Below, one piece after another: positions 37,638-50,335 of a DNA stretch of 64,000 nucleotides. The translations under genes and the position numbers were made by a program. The notes under the pieces were generated by a model. It was not told the DNA's origin. It did no database searches and was given only the letters and a program-made list of their open reading frames with translations. Source of the DNA: Camelus ferus (lineage: Eukaryota); the NCBI RefSeq assembly GCF_009834535.1, contig NC_045698.1, positions 13,394,001-13,458,000 of the forward strand, written 5' to 3'. Numbering within the stretch: the stretch's first letter is position 1; each line of letters opens with the position of its first letter.

Positions 37638-40600
37638 AAATATACAGTTGATGCTCTCAAAATAAAGCAACTTTCTTTTTAATACACATCCCAAAGAAAG
37701 AAAAGAAACTTCATGTGCATTTGTGACATTGAGCTCTAAGTCCAAGCTGGCTTCTTTCCTCAGCTGAGTGAGGTTGCTGCTGTTTTTGGCATGAGATCTT
37801 AGAACCCAAATGAAAGTTAAACCTCCCCCAAATATATACAATACATAACAGAGAAAAGCAAAAAAGAAAATTGTGAATTTTTAAATTCACCTGTAGAAAA
37901 GGGAAAATGATTAAGCAACATAAAATAAGATCAATACAGAAGACAAATTACACTCTAGATTCCCTTAAAAAGTCAGTATGATTACTTCTGATTCTGGTCT
38001 TAGATTTCAGACACAATGATTTGAGCTGGAAATGTGGGCTCCTTCTACTGTCTTCTGTAGAAGCCTTGTATGGATATATTCTAAGTGATTCCTATTCCAC
38101 GTCATCCATTTTTTGCTACATTATTTCTTATTGTTTCAGGACTATGACCAGAGGATCATCTTAGGGTTTGACCAAGAACCAGTTGTTGCTCACTCTCCTT
38201 TAAGTTTCTCTGACCCTGGAACTGCTTTAGAGCCTGGATAGCTGCTTTGAGATTTGATTTCTGTGAATTCCATTAGATTCTATTACTTCACTTCTAAAGA
38301 AAACTCTTCTTAAATTTATGGTGTATATGCATGTGTAGTCCAAGATTCTAGATCTGCTAGAATGTTACTTAACTGATCACAGACTCCTGAACCAACCAAA
38401 GTGATATAAACCTGCAATTGATCCCTCATCAAAAAGAGATTACAATGTGCTCATCTATGTATCTACAGCACATGTTCTGTTGGTGGAGATTTACCTAACT
38501 CATTTCCAAGTAACATGGCTTTCTTTTACAAAGCAACAAATACATTCTGGTTTGTTTCTGATCTTTTATAACACTCTCTATTTTCATTTACAAATAGCTA
38601 TTTTATTGAACTGGACTATTAACTTTGTTTTAGTATCTTAGCAAATCAGTTTTCACATTTCCATTACTACAGAGCCTTAATTTCATGGCTTCCACTTTTG
38701 ACTGAGACTAACTGGAATACTAGGTAGGGATGCGGAATAGAACTCATCGGCACCCAGGCTCTAGACTCCATCCTGGAGAGAGTTAAGTCTTTTGTGAGGC
38801 AAAGAAAGCAAAGCAAAGTTTGTTTGAGTAAGGTCTCCCCACAGACAATTTTCCATTTCCCTGGTTCCCCCACAGCTCTCTGCTCATTTCCTGCTACTGT
38901 TTCACAGTTTGCGACTTTGTGTTTGTGTAGTGCAAAGTATTTTCTTAGATGAGAAATCTGTAGTACAGCAAGAGAAAAAAAATAAATTTGAGAATTAAAA
39001 ATAAAATTAAATCTGTCAATTCAGGTGAAACTTTCCAATACAGAAAAAAAAAAAAAAAAGTCCATGAGGAAGAAGAGGAAAAGTACTTGGAGGAGGAAAG
39101 AATAATCTCCCTTTATCTCATTCCTCCCCTGAAAAATAATAACAACAAAAATGTTATCAAAATTATGGTGGTGATCGTATCATGTAGGACTAAGTTCCAG
39201 GTCAAACCTGTCCTGCAGATACTGCACTTCTTGTTGCTATGGCGATAGGATATAATCTTTACGTACATGGTTTTTGCCCTGTTTTGTTTTGTAAGAAAGA
39301 AACGTACCCCAAAGAAGTAAATACTGGTAGGACCAAACTTTTTTAGCACTCCATGAGGGATGATGGAAGTATGTTTAGAAGGATTTTTGTCCCTGAGAAT
39401 AGTATAGAAAAAAAAAGGATTTTCTATACATGCATCTCTGTGTCTTCCTGTTTGTATAGCTCTCATCTATGTGTCAATGTTAAATTAAGTTTCTGTTATT
39501 AAGGAAACATAAAGAGAGAGACTTTAGCCATTGATGTCCTCATGCATTTCCTGCTATAGTGGGATTTAATGTTTTAATAATTCATGTGGCTGCATATAAG
39601 TGCAGGGTTTTGTTTGTTTGTTTGTGTTTGTCCACTCATTCGTCTTGTGTTGGGAAAGAAACCCTAGAAGTCATGCAGGCAAAAATGGGATATTTGGTGG
39701 ACCCTCCCTTTGCTCATCACTCAAGAGCATAATTTGCAAACTTTCAAGAACATAAGAATCATTGAGGAATTTGGTTAGGATCTTGCAATCCCTGAGGATC
39801 TTGTTAATTGGGGTCTTCAATGTACCCTAAGATGAATCCTCCAAGTTGGATTTTATAATTGAACCACAGACATTTCAGGTGATATTTAACTTTAAAGGAG
39901 TGTGGGAAGCCTGGTTATGTGTCACAGAAAACAAGTTTTGTCCATTCTTTCTACCTCAGTTAGAAGAATTTCTCTTGTATAGATACATTTCATCTATATT
40001 TTTCCATTTGTAGATTGGGAAGAAATCAAGGAGGTTTCAAAAGAAGTGGTTACTACTAGTGTGTAAGAAAAGTTTGGGGAACACTAAGCTATGACACACA
40101 AATTTGTATTTTTGACACTTTTTAGTGTCTTTCCCTTTCTTTTTCAGAAAATGAATATCTGAGTCTAGTACGTTTATAAACTGTTTGAATATCTATTCAT
40201 TTAAAATAAAGTGTAATGGTTCATGTTAAAAATGAAGCACATAGATGATACATGGAAGAAACATAGCTACTGGAGATAAGTTAATTTTAATATTGGATAG
40301 TAAATTTACTTTCCCTCATAGTTACAAAAAGATATAAACTATATCTGAAGTTAGAAGTAAAGTATAAAGAAGTATTTGAAATTTAAATCCAACTTAGACA
40401 CTCATGAGAGTTAGGGGAAGTCAGATTAACTCTATGTGGCTCACTATTTTATTTACTTGTATTTTGCCTTGGGACCATGATGTCTGACCTTTCTACCCCA
40501 TTAGGTTTTAGTGAGGATAAATGAGACAATGTTTTGGATATACTCTGTAGACCATGGACCGTCATACAGCAATAAACAATGTTCATGATCTGACAAAATA

Positions 40601-41187
40601 AAGCACACAATCAACCTGAAAGCATACATTTAACTCTTAAGTTAACTCAAAGAAACATCGAGATGGTGAGCTTCATGCAAGAGCCACTGGATAGCGTGTT
40701 CAATATTACCCTCAAATTTAGTTCTTAAATTGACACAGATATACTGTTAAAAATAAATGATTCTTATATAGACTCAATAATGGTGGAGGGAACAAAGTTA
40801 AATTGAAATTCAGCGAAGGCATTTCTTTTGGAGAATGAGATTATTCAGTGCAGATGATCGAATACAGAGATTTAATACTCGGAGATGCTAAGAGAACAGA
40901 GAGCTGAGACAGTCATTCTCATATATTAGATCAAATTATCAAGCTATTGGCAGCTGCTCAATTACAGTCAATAATTGGGCTTATATTGAACTCAAATATA
41001 AGCCCACGTCCTTGCAAGTTCTGCCTCTTGATTCAATTCCCTTAACGATCTGCTGGCAGCAACAGTTAACATGTCAGATAGACTGTTCTTCACATGTGTT
41101 ACTGGTCAGAATATATGGACTTGGAAAACATTTCAGTACTATTTTGAGACTATTCCATCCAACCTTTTGATTTTTATGTCTATATAA

Positions 41188-42046
41188 TTTTTTTTAATTG
41201 AAGTACAGTCAGTTACAATGTGTCAATTTCTGGTGGACAGCACAATGTCCCAGTCATGCATATACATACATATATTTATTTTCATATTATTTTTCATTAA
41301 ATGTTATTGTAAGATATTTAATATAGTTCCCTGTGCTAAACAGAAGAAATTTGAGTTTTTAAGCTATTTTATATATAGAGGCTAACATTTGCAAATCTCA
41401 AACGCCCAAATTTATCCCTTCCCACCCAGTTTCCCCAGTAACCAGAAGATTGTTTACTATGTCTGCAAGTCTGTTTCTGTTTTGTACATTGAGTTCATAG
41501 TGTCCTTTTTTTTTTCTTTTTTTCTTTTAGATTCCACATATGAGTGATATCATATAGTATTTTTCTTTCTCTTTCTGGCTTACTTCACTTAGAATGACTC
41601 TTACCAGATCCATCCATATTACTGCAAATGGCATTACTTTATTCCTTTTTATGGCTGAGTAGTATTCCATTATAAAATATACCAAAACTTCTTTATTTAG
41701 TCATTTATCGATGGACATTTAGGTTGCTTCCATGTCTTGGCTATTGTAAATAGTGCTGCTATGAATATTGGGGTACAAGTATCTTTTTGAATTAGAGTTC
41801 CCTCCAGGTATATACCCAGAAGTAGGATTGCTAGATCAAATGTTAAGTCTAGTTTTAGTTTTTTGAGGAATCTCCATATTGTTTTCCATAGTGGCTGCAC
41901 CAAACTACATTCCCACCAGCAGTGTAGGAGGGTTCCCTTTTTCTCCACACTCTCTCCAGCATTTATTGTTTGTGGAGACAAATGCAAATCAAAATGACAA
42001 TGAGGTATTACCTCACACCAATCAGAATAGCCATCATTAAAAAGTC
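41188..42046 (-). mobile_element. Young lineage-specific L1, 5'-truncated with 5' inversion
   Basis: T-run plus aattgaagtacagtcagttacaatgtgtcaatttctgg; ORF2 C-terminal motif LLHCWWEC...QPLWKT in minus ORF; 41977-42046 is the adjacent L1 sequence in opposite orientation. Confidence 0.95.
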
Positions 42047-43129
42047 GACTAATATTTTTAAGAAACAAAAAAGTGCCTCCGTAATTAATAGCCTGAGATA
42101 AAAGGTCTCATTGCCATGACAACCTGGTCCTTAACAAAATAATATCCCCATGCTCTTAATAGGAAAGATTTGAGTTAATGGATTATTACAGAAGCAATGT
42201 TGTTTACAAACAATTAGATGATCAAATACATTAATTGTGACACTTTCATACTATAGTCTTTTTGTTCTGTAATATGAAAGGTTGCAGCCTTTTCATTTGA
42301 AATATACATTGTATATCAGATCATAAATTATTCCTTCTTAGACTGAATGTCTAAAATATTTGTAAGACAGCAATAACAAAACAAAATTAATTCAACAGCT
42401 AAAACTATATCTGGGTACTCACATATGGAATGTCTCTATTGCTAATTAGCTAATTTATCTCAAACAACTTTTAAATAGTCGGATGCATAATCACAGACAG
42501 CAAAATAACATTTATGAAAGCGTAGGTAATATAAATGTCAATAGTGGTAAAATGGTTAAATTTATTTACTGAAATATTATAAGAACATGAAAGACTTTCA
42601 AAATTTTTATACAAGATTACATTATCAATGTGTTATTAAGTGATATAGAGTTTCTCAGATAAAGCACATATAGTATAATAATAAAAGCAAAAATTCTACT
42701 AGTTACCTCTGTATTGAGAGTTTATTTTATTTTCCTCCATATAATTCTCTTTTTGTCTCAGATTTCTCTCAACAGGTTACTCTTAGAATTAGTAAAATAG
42801 AAAATATTATCTTAGAATAAATATTTTTAAAAATTTAATATATCCAAGTGCTAAAGCAGATCATACATGCACTTGAAGCTGCTAAAGATATGTGTAAGCT
42901 TACTGATGCAGTTTAACTATTTTAGATATTTTCTTAGAAAACAATTTAATACTGCCCTTTGTTTAAAACTAAAAAGTGTATTTCAACATCGATTTCTTAT
43001 TAGTTTTCAGATGTAGTTATTATGGCTGGTGGACAAAGCACATAACATTTGTTATTTGTTGGGAGCATACATTGTATCTTCTTGGACAGCACCCAAATGT
43101 ATAACATATTATCTTTAATTTTTGAGGGT

Positions 43130-43350
43130 CCATTCTTATATACCATAAAAGCCACTCATCCATTATGATGGAGTACACAACAAATTCAATGAATTCCATG
43201 AGCATTTTCCTGTAGAATTAGTCATTTTTCTCTAAAGCAATTCTGTGGACAAAAAATGTTGCAGAATACTATGGTTGGTTAAAAGAAAATATTTGATAAA
43301 AGACATTCATCAGTGGGAGTTCTGGTAGAGGCACAAGACACAAGAACATC
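43130..43350 (-). mobile_element. Degraded ERVL/MaLR internal-sequence remnant
   Basis: aaattcaatgaattccatgagcat...aaagcaattctgtg...gaatactatggt...ttctggtagaggcac resembles antisense ERVL/MaLR internal sequence. Confidence 0.35.
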
Positions 43351-43682
43351 AAATTCAAAACCAGAAAAAAAAGTTCTTGGGTAGTAGTCCAGTCTTCTCT
43401 CAGGGACGCTGCCACACCCCCTGGTTAGAAGTTTACTACGGTCTGTTATGAGCAAAAGTCACAGAAGGACAGGCTAAGTCACTGTCTCCCAATTTTTTTC
43501 TTGAAAAGGATCTATCTACACAGTTTAAAACCTGCCTGAGGGTCAGGCTTCTATTTTCAACACATATCTAAGGATGGTTGCAAACCTCCTCGGAGATCAG
43601 GGAAACTGGTGAACACCTCCTCCATCATCCCCTCTAACCAGCTCCAGGCCACTAGCATCTCCCTGGAAGGTGCTACCACACA

Positions 43683-45512
43683 TTGGTCTCTGCAGTAATT
43701 TTTTTTTTTTTTTTTTTTGGACTTGACACCAAAAGCAAAGACAACAAAGCAAAAAAATTAAGAAGCAGGGCTACATCAAATAAAAACTTTCTGCTCAGCA
43801 AAGGAAACTATCAACAAAATGCAAAGGCAAACTGTGGAATGGAAAAAAAAATGCAAGCCACATTATCAGATAAGGGTTAATATACAAAATATATAAAGAA
43901 TAATGAACTATTACAATTTAAAAGGAAAACATCCCAAATAACTTAACTGATTAAAAAAAATGAGAAAAGAAACTAAATACATGTTTTTCCAAAGAAGACT
44001 TATAAATGGCCAAAAGGCACAGGAAGGTACTCCGTGTCACTGAGCATCAGGAAAATGCAAATCAAAGCCACAATGAGACTTCATCTTATACCTGTTAGAA
44101 TGGTTATCATCAAAAAGACCAGATGCTAAAGAGAATTCCTTAAAAAACTAAAAATAAACTTCCACCACGATCCAGCATTCCCACTTCTGGGCATATATCC
44201 AGAGGAAACTCTAATTTGAAAAATTACAGTCACCCCAATGTTCATAGCAACATTATTTACAATGGCCAAGACAGGGAAGCAACCTAAATGTCTACTGACA
44301 GCCAACTAGATAAAGAAGTTGTATACACATATATATACAATGGAATACTACTCAGCCATAAAAAAGACTAAAATAATGCCATTTACAGCAACATGGATGG
44401 AACTTGAGATTATCATACTAAATGAAGTAATATCATACCATATGATATCTCTTATGTGGAAGCTCAAAAAAAAATGAGTTTATTTGCAAAATAGAGACAG
44501 ACTCACAGACATAGAAAGCAAACTTATGGTTACCAGAGAGGACAGGGATTGGGGAGGGAATAAACTGGGAGTTTAGGATTTGCAGATACTAACTACTATA
44601 TATAAAATGGATAGACAACAGGTCCTACTGTATGGCACAGGGAACTATATTCAATACCTTGTAATAGCCTGTAATGACAAAGAATATGAAGAGGAATATA
44701 TATATGCATAAATGAATGTACACTATGCTGTACACCAGAAATTAGCACAGCATTGTAAAACAACTATACTTTTACAAAAACAAAGACAAAAGGTTAAAAA
44801 TGCTGAAGAGGATGTAGAAAAAAAGGAATATTTGTACACTGTTGACAGGACTGGAAAATGGTACAGCCACAATGCAGGATAATATGGAGGTTCCAAAAAA
44901 TTAAATTAGAACTACCATTTGATCCAGTAATCCCACCTTTGAGTATATATCCACAAGAAGTAAAACCTTTATCTGAAAGAGGTATCTGCATTTCTATGTG
45001 CATCACAGCATTGGGCAAGGTATGGAAACAAACTGAGTGCCCACCAGTGGATGAATGGATCAAGAAAATGTAGTATATAGACACAATGAAATATTATTCA
45101 GCCTTAAAAAGAAAGAAACGCTGTCATTTGTGACAACATGAATGAACCTGGTTCATATTAAATAAAATTAGTCAGGTAGAGTAAGACAAATTTCACACGG
45201 TATCACATACATGTGTGTGAAATCTTAAAAAAAAAAAAAGTTGAACTCCTAGAAACAGAATAGAAAAGTGGTTGTCAGGGAATTGCTGGGGAGAGAGTAG
45301 AAATAAGAAGAGGTTCATAAAAGGGTACCAGCTTTCACCTATCAGATGAATAAGGACTGTGGATCTAATGTATAACATGGTGACTATAATTGATAACATT
45401 GTATTGTATAATTGAAATTTGCTCGGAGTGTAGAACCCCAGTGTTTTCACCAAAGAAACAAACAAACAAACAAAAAGAACTCGAGGTAAATACATGAAGT
45501 GATGGATACGTT
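43683..45512 (+). mobile_element. L1MA-type ORF2 end and 3'UTR, interrupted by a younger L1
   Basis: ggacttgacaccaaaagcaaag...aaatgcaaatcaaagccacaatgag; resumes ~44795; ORF 44858-45073 ..[23 protein letters not shown].. is ORF2-like; L1MA 3'UTR gatctaatgtataacatggtgactataattgataac. Confidence 0.92.
44130..44777 (+). mobile_element. Younger lineage-specific L1 3' end nested in the L1MA
   Basis: ctgggcatatatccagaggaaactctaatttgaaaa...gacagactcacagacatagaaagcaaacttatggttacc...ctgtacaccagaaattagcacagcattgtaaaacaactatact. Confidence 0.92.
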
Positions 45513-46714
45513 AAAAAAAAAAAAACAGAAAAAAAACAGAGCAAAAAACTTCCTTGGTTTTCTGTGACAGTTTCCTAGATGATTGGCCCTGGGTGGAGTT
45601 TCCAGGATTCTACTTCTCCTTTACTTTATGTTCCTCCCTTTTATTTCTTTATCATCCAATAAATCAAGAAGTCAATAGAACTTAAATTATCACCCTTGAT
45701 TGTCTTAAATAAGAAGTTCCAAAGCTGTATTTATATAAAATGGAAGTTACTGCTTTATGATACAGCAAACTTGGAAACATTTGCCCCTGGTGAACATGAC
45801 CTATATGAATCATTAATAACATGGGGGAGAACTCCTGCTAAGGAAATAAATGATCTGCTTTCTGCAGAGTGGGAAGCACTGACTTTTGTTCACAGACGAG
45901 GTGAGAGGATCGGGCACAAAATAAGGTCACTTGAAAATAGGAGACTGTTTAGAATTTCCAGGGGGGAGATTTATTTTCCTTTATTTTTCAATAATTTCAA
46001 AAGGTCAGTGTGAGAAGCACCACCAGCCTCTGCAAACATTCACAAGAGTTGCTGCAGTGTAGCACATTATTTGAGGGAATTTGGGATGAAGGTCAAAGAA
46101 GCAATTTTTTCATGTAGTATTTGTTTCATCCTAACTAAAAATATAACATCCTAAAATTTTACTGAAAATGGTTAATGCTGTATGGAATTAGAGATATCAA
46201 TGTATACACAAAAATGTTTTTTGGAAATCTCTCTTGGCAAATGGTGAAGTCAGCACAACTGACCTCTTTCCAAGATTTTACTTCTCCCTCCAAAGACTTT
46301 ACAGGATAGTAGAAACATGGTAGAGAATTATTTCCCAACAAACGACAATGGACAGCTTCCTGTATTCAAAATTGTCAATCCTGAATGCTACATAAAAGCT
46401 TTATACTGGATCGCTTTTGCAGCTTTCTGTATTATTTCTAAATGAAAAATAAAGTCATACACTCAGTTCATATGGAGACTATAAGGTTAATAAATCATTG
46501 GTAATTGTCCCTTTTAGAGCAGGTTTGCCTTGGTACCCACATGTAATATGGTGCTTAATCTTGCCTTTAACTCGGCTGATTTGCCAAGGGAGGGCCAGCT
46601 ACTTGAGATAAATGGAGACTCAGGGTCAGTGCAGAAATCTAGATAAACAGCTAACTTGGTCTATGTGTGTCTTTGAAATTGTGCTGCTGAATCAGTTCAA
46701 CTTTTATTTTGAAG

Positions 46715-47247
46715 GCACTTTATCAGCCATGATGTTTTCAGGAGAAGATAAATCACACAAGAGATTTTACACAGAGGGGATTTCATACAGCAAAATGGCT
46801 TTACGGGAAGTGGAGAACTTAGAGACCAAACAGAAAACTGGGCTGAGCCAGAGACAAGAAGTGATAAAAAGAGAGATGAGGGAAGAGGTGGTTTAGCAGA
46901 AGCCAGGAGTCCTACGTGAGGCCCTGTGCCTGGGGTGGGTGTTCAGATCTCTGAAATGGAGATACCTTTGTGCCCACAGTGAAGGATGACGGGGCTGATA
47001 CTGGGAGTGGCGGAAGAAGCTGGAGATTGGAGCCGATTCTATTTTTTGGAGCGATGCTAATTTAAAAACAGAAAAAGAAGAAAGAAACATAAGTAAGTAA
47101 ATAAATAAACAAACAGGAGGCAGTTTCCTCTCCCATCCTTCAGCCTTCTCTTCAAGGCTGCCGGTTGGACGTTGGCATGGGTGTCCAAACTGAGAAATGT
47201 AGTTCGTAAAGTCACAGCGCCAGCATCTCAGAGGAGAGCATAAAAGA
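46715..47247 (-). mobile_element. Old ERVL LTR (LTR33/LTR41-like); its last ~45 bp lie at 48384-48430 beyond the L1 insertion
   Basis: atcagcc..tcaggagaagataaatcacac..; gagaaatgtagttcgtaaagtcacagcgccagcatctcagaggagagcataaaag; continuation aaaagacagattttaaagctgacaaacaat. Confidence 0.6.
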
Positions 47248-47628
47248 TCCATCTCAGGTTTCTATCAGTTCTGTCAGCCAAGCAGCTGCTGTGAACTCCT
47301 CTGAGCTTCAGAGTTTCCCCTTCCATCCTCTCTCCATTGGAGAGGAGAGGAGGCATCCTGCGTAAAGAGAGCTATTCCTACTTTGTTGCTTTCTCCCCAC
47401 GGGATAGGTACCGCACTGATTTCCTTTCATATATTTTCTTCTTCTTTTTTTTTCCCTCCTACCAGATTTTGTGAGGAATCTTCTTGTGTTTTGAAGTAGA
47501 TGAGGTTGTGCCAAAGTTCAGCAGGTGTTCTGAGTGAATGGGTGGGTCCATGGATGTCCCTCTTGGCGTATTCACGGGAGAGGGTGAGCTAAGGGCATCC
47601 TTCTACTCTGCCATCTTGGTCCTCCCTC
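47248..47628 (-). mobile_element. Inverted L1 5' terminus (5'UTR promoter with YY1 site)
   Basis: Minus strand begins gagggaggaccAAGATGGCagagtagaaggatgcccttagctcaccctctcccgtgaatac...cagaacacctgctgaac, typical of a laurasiatherian L1 5' end; YY1 core at 47610-47618. Confidence 0.85.
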
Positions 47629-48383
47629 TGCTGGAGGGCATGTGGAGAAAAGGGAACCCTCCTACGCTGGGGGGTGGGATGTAGTCTGGTGCAGCCATTA
47701 TGGAAAGTAGTATGGAGATTCCTCAAAAAACTAAAAATAGACTTGTCATGTGATCCAACAATCCCAATCCTGGGCATATATTCAGAGGGAACTCTAATTT
47801 GAAAAGATACATGCACCCCAATGTTCATAGCAGCACTATATACAACAGCCAAGACGTGGAAGCAACCTAAATATCCATTGACAGATGACTAGATAAGAAT
47901 TTGTGGTATATTTATACAATAGAATACTACTCAGTGATAAAATAAATAAATAAAATAATTTCATTTGCAGCAACATGGATGGACCTGGAGATCATCATTC
48001 TAAGTGAAGTAAGCCAGTAAGAGAAAGAAAAATACTGTATGATATCACTCATATGTGGTATCTAAGAAAGGAAGACACGAATGAACACATCTGTAAAACA
48101 AAAACAGACTCGCAGACATAGTAAGCAATTAATGGTTACTAGGAGGAAGAGGGTGGGAAGGGATAAATTTGGGTTTTTGACATTTGCAAATGATAGCCAC
48201 TATACATAAAAATAGGAAAAAAATTTCTTCTGTTTAGCACAGGGAACTATATTCAATATCTTGTAATAACTTTTAATGAAAACGAATATGAAAACAAACA
48301 TTCATATAAATATGCGTGACTGGGACGTTATACTGCACACCAGAAATTAATACATTGTAACTGATTGTATGTCAATAAAACTT
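47629..48383 (+). mobile_element. Young lineage-specific L1 3' end
   Basis: tgctggagggcatgtggagaaaagggaaccctcctac...cagagggaactctaatttgaaaagatacatgcaccccaatgttc...cacaccagaaattaatacattgtaactgattgtatgtcaataaaa. Confidence 0.96.
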
Positions 48384-49440
48384 TAAAAGACAGATTTTAA
48401 AGCTGACAAACAATGAGAAATCGATCAGCAAATTTCCTAACTACCAAATAATTTTCAGGGGATTTTAATCCATTATTTTATGTGGAATATTTACTGAGGT
48501 TTCTATGTTTCTTTATGAAAACTAATTAACTTCAAGGTTATGTTGCCAATTTTTTTTTCTGATGAGAAACACAACTGAACAGTAATATAAATTGATGTTT
48601 TCCCAGGAATGATAGCTTTTTTTAGAATTTATTATTAATGTAGAATGAATACTTTTGTATGGAGGAATGATTTTATTCCATTTATTTAAGTTGGAGACCA
48701 AATCTAATGAGAGTGTTCAGTCTGGTTTGGAATATGTCCTCTGACATTTCTGTATCCTTTTTTTTTTTGTTATATCCTCAGTAAAATATATAGCTTTTTT
48801 CATTTCACCTTCTCCTTTACCAGGAGTAAGGCTTGTAGAATGAATAAATAAGGTAGCCTTAAATGAAAAATTTCCTCTGGTGTAGTCTGTTCTTAACATT
48901 TTGCTTCAGCTTATGTGTGATTGATCATGTTGATATTTTAAAATCTAGCATGAAGAATAGTCTTATGAATGCCTTTTATTCATGAAAAGAAAAAAAATAG
49001 AAAAAGAAAAAGGAGATTCTATTTTTCTCTTGTCCTGACTCTACTGCCATTGTTCACTTGTATAAAGCAAAGCAGTCTTACCTTCAGAGATACTTTGCAA
49101 ATCTCAACATCTGCTTAAAAATTATTTTTAGCAAGGTAATGTTTCCAATTTTGGATGAAATGTTTTTAATTCAGTGGCAAAAATCAACGTATAAATTGAA
49201 CACACACATGAAAAATCAAACTAACTTTTTCTGTGCTTTTGTTACAAACTTTGTTGAAGACTCAGGCAATATTCCTGAGTATTTTTAAAAAATTTTTGAG
49301 AAGCTGAAATGTTAATAAGTCTTTGACTGCAGTTCAACATTTATGTCTATCATTGTCATTGATGTTACTTGGATCATGCAACAGAGATAATTGCTTGTAT
49401 GTATTATCTAACACTAATTTATACTTAAAAAGTTGATTGC

Positions 49441-49929
49441 TTTTTTATTGAAGTATAATTGATTCACAAAGTTATATTAGTTTCAGGTGTACAGCACAGT
49501 AATTCAGCATTTTTATAGTTTATACTTCATTTAAAGTTATTATAAGGTAATGGTTATAGTTCCCTATTATATAATATATCCTTGTTGTTTATCTGTTTTA
49601 TACATAGTAGTTTGTATCTCTTAATTCCACACCCTTAAGGTGCCCCTCTCTTCTTCCCTCTTTCCACTGGTAACCACAAGTTTGTTTTCTATGTCTATGA
49701 GTCTGCTTTTCTTTTGCTATAATGCTTCATTTGTATTATTTTTTTAGATTCCACATATAAGTGATATCATATGATATTTGTCTTTCTCTGTCTGACATTT
49801 CACTAAGCATAATATTCTCTAGGTCCATCCACATTGCTGCGAATGTCCATACTACCCACATCAACCTACAGATTTAATGCAATCTTTAGCAAAATACTCA
49901 TGACATTTTTCACAGAACTAGAACAAATA
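49441..49929 (-). mobile_element. L1 3' end with 5' inversion
   Basis: ttttttattgaagtataattgattcacaa..ttcaggtgtacagc to ~49845, then a plus-strand ORF2 piece tccatactacccac..ctacagatttaatgcaatc..ttttcacagaactagaacaaa; TSD tgattgctttt (49434-49444) / tgattgcattt (49930-49940). Confidence 0.92.
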
Positions 49930-49960
49930 TGATTGCATTTGAACATTTCCTGGGACTCTG

Positions 49961-50335
49961 TATTATAGGCTGAGTATTTGTGTTCTCCCAAATCCATATG
50001 TTGAAGCCCTAATTAGCAGTGTGACTCTATTTGGAGATGCGGCCCCTATGGAAGTAATTAAGGTTAAATGAGGACACAGAGGTGAGGCCCTCAAGCTGTT
50101 GGATCCGTGTCTCTCTCTTTCTCTTTCCCCTCCCACAAGAAATACAGAGGAAAGACCTTGTGGAGTCATTGAGAAAACAGCCACCTAGAAGTCAGGAAGA
50201 GAGCTCTCATCAAAAACAGAATAAAGACACTTTAATTGTGTACTTCTAGCCTCCAAAATTGTGAGAAAAGATGTCTGTGGTTTCAGCCACTTAGTTTATA
50301 ATATTTTGTTACTGCAGCCCAAGCGGACTAACACA
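49961..50335 (+). mobile_element. MLT1B-like solo LTR
   Basis: caaatccatatgttgaagccctaa..tatttggagatgcggccc..gtaattaaggttaaatgagg...acttctagcctccaaaattgtgagaaa...tttgttactgcagcccaagcggactaacaca. Confidence 0.9.

Noticed and set aside
37700..38500. Possible MaLR internal sequence next to the MLT1C LTR
   Set aside because: Similarity too weak to support by eye, and the LTR has its own TSD as a solo element.
41697..42068. 123-aa ORF containing HCWWEC
   Set aside because: Chimeric frame across the L1 inversion junction; L1 ORF2 C-terminus.
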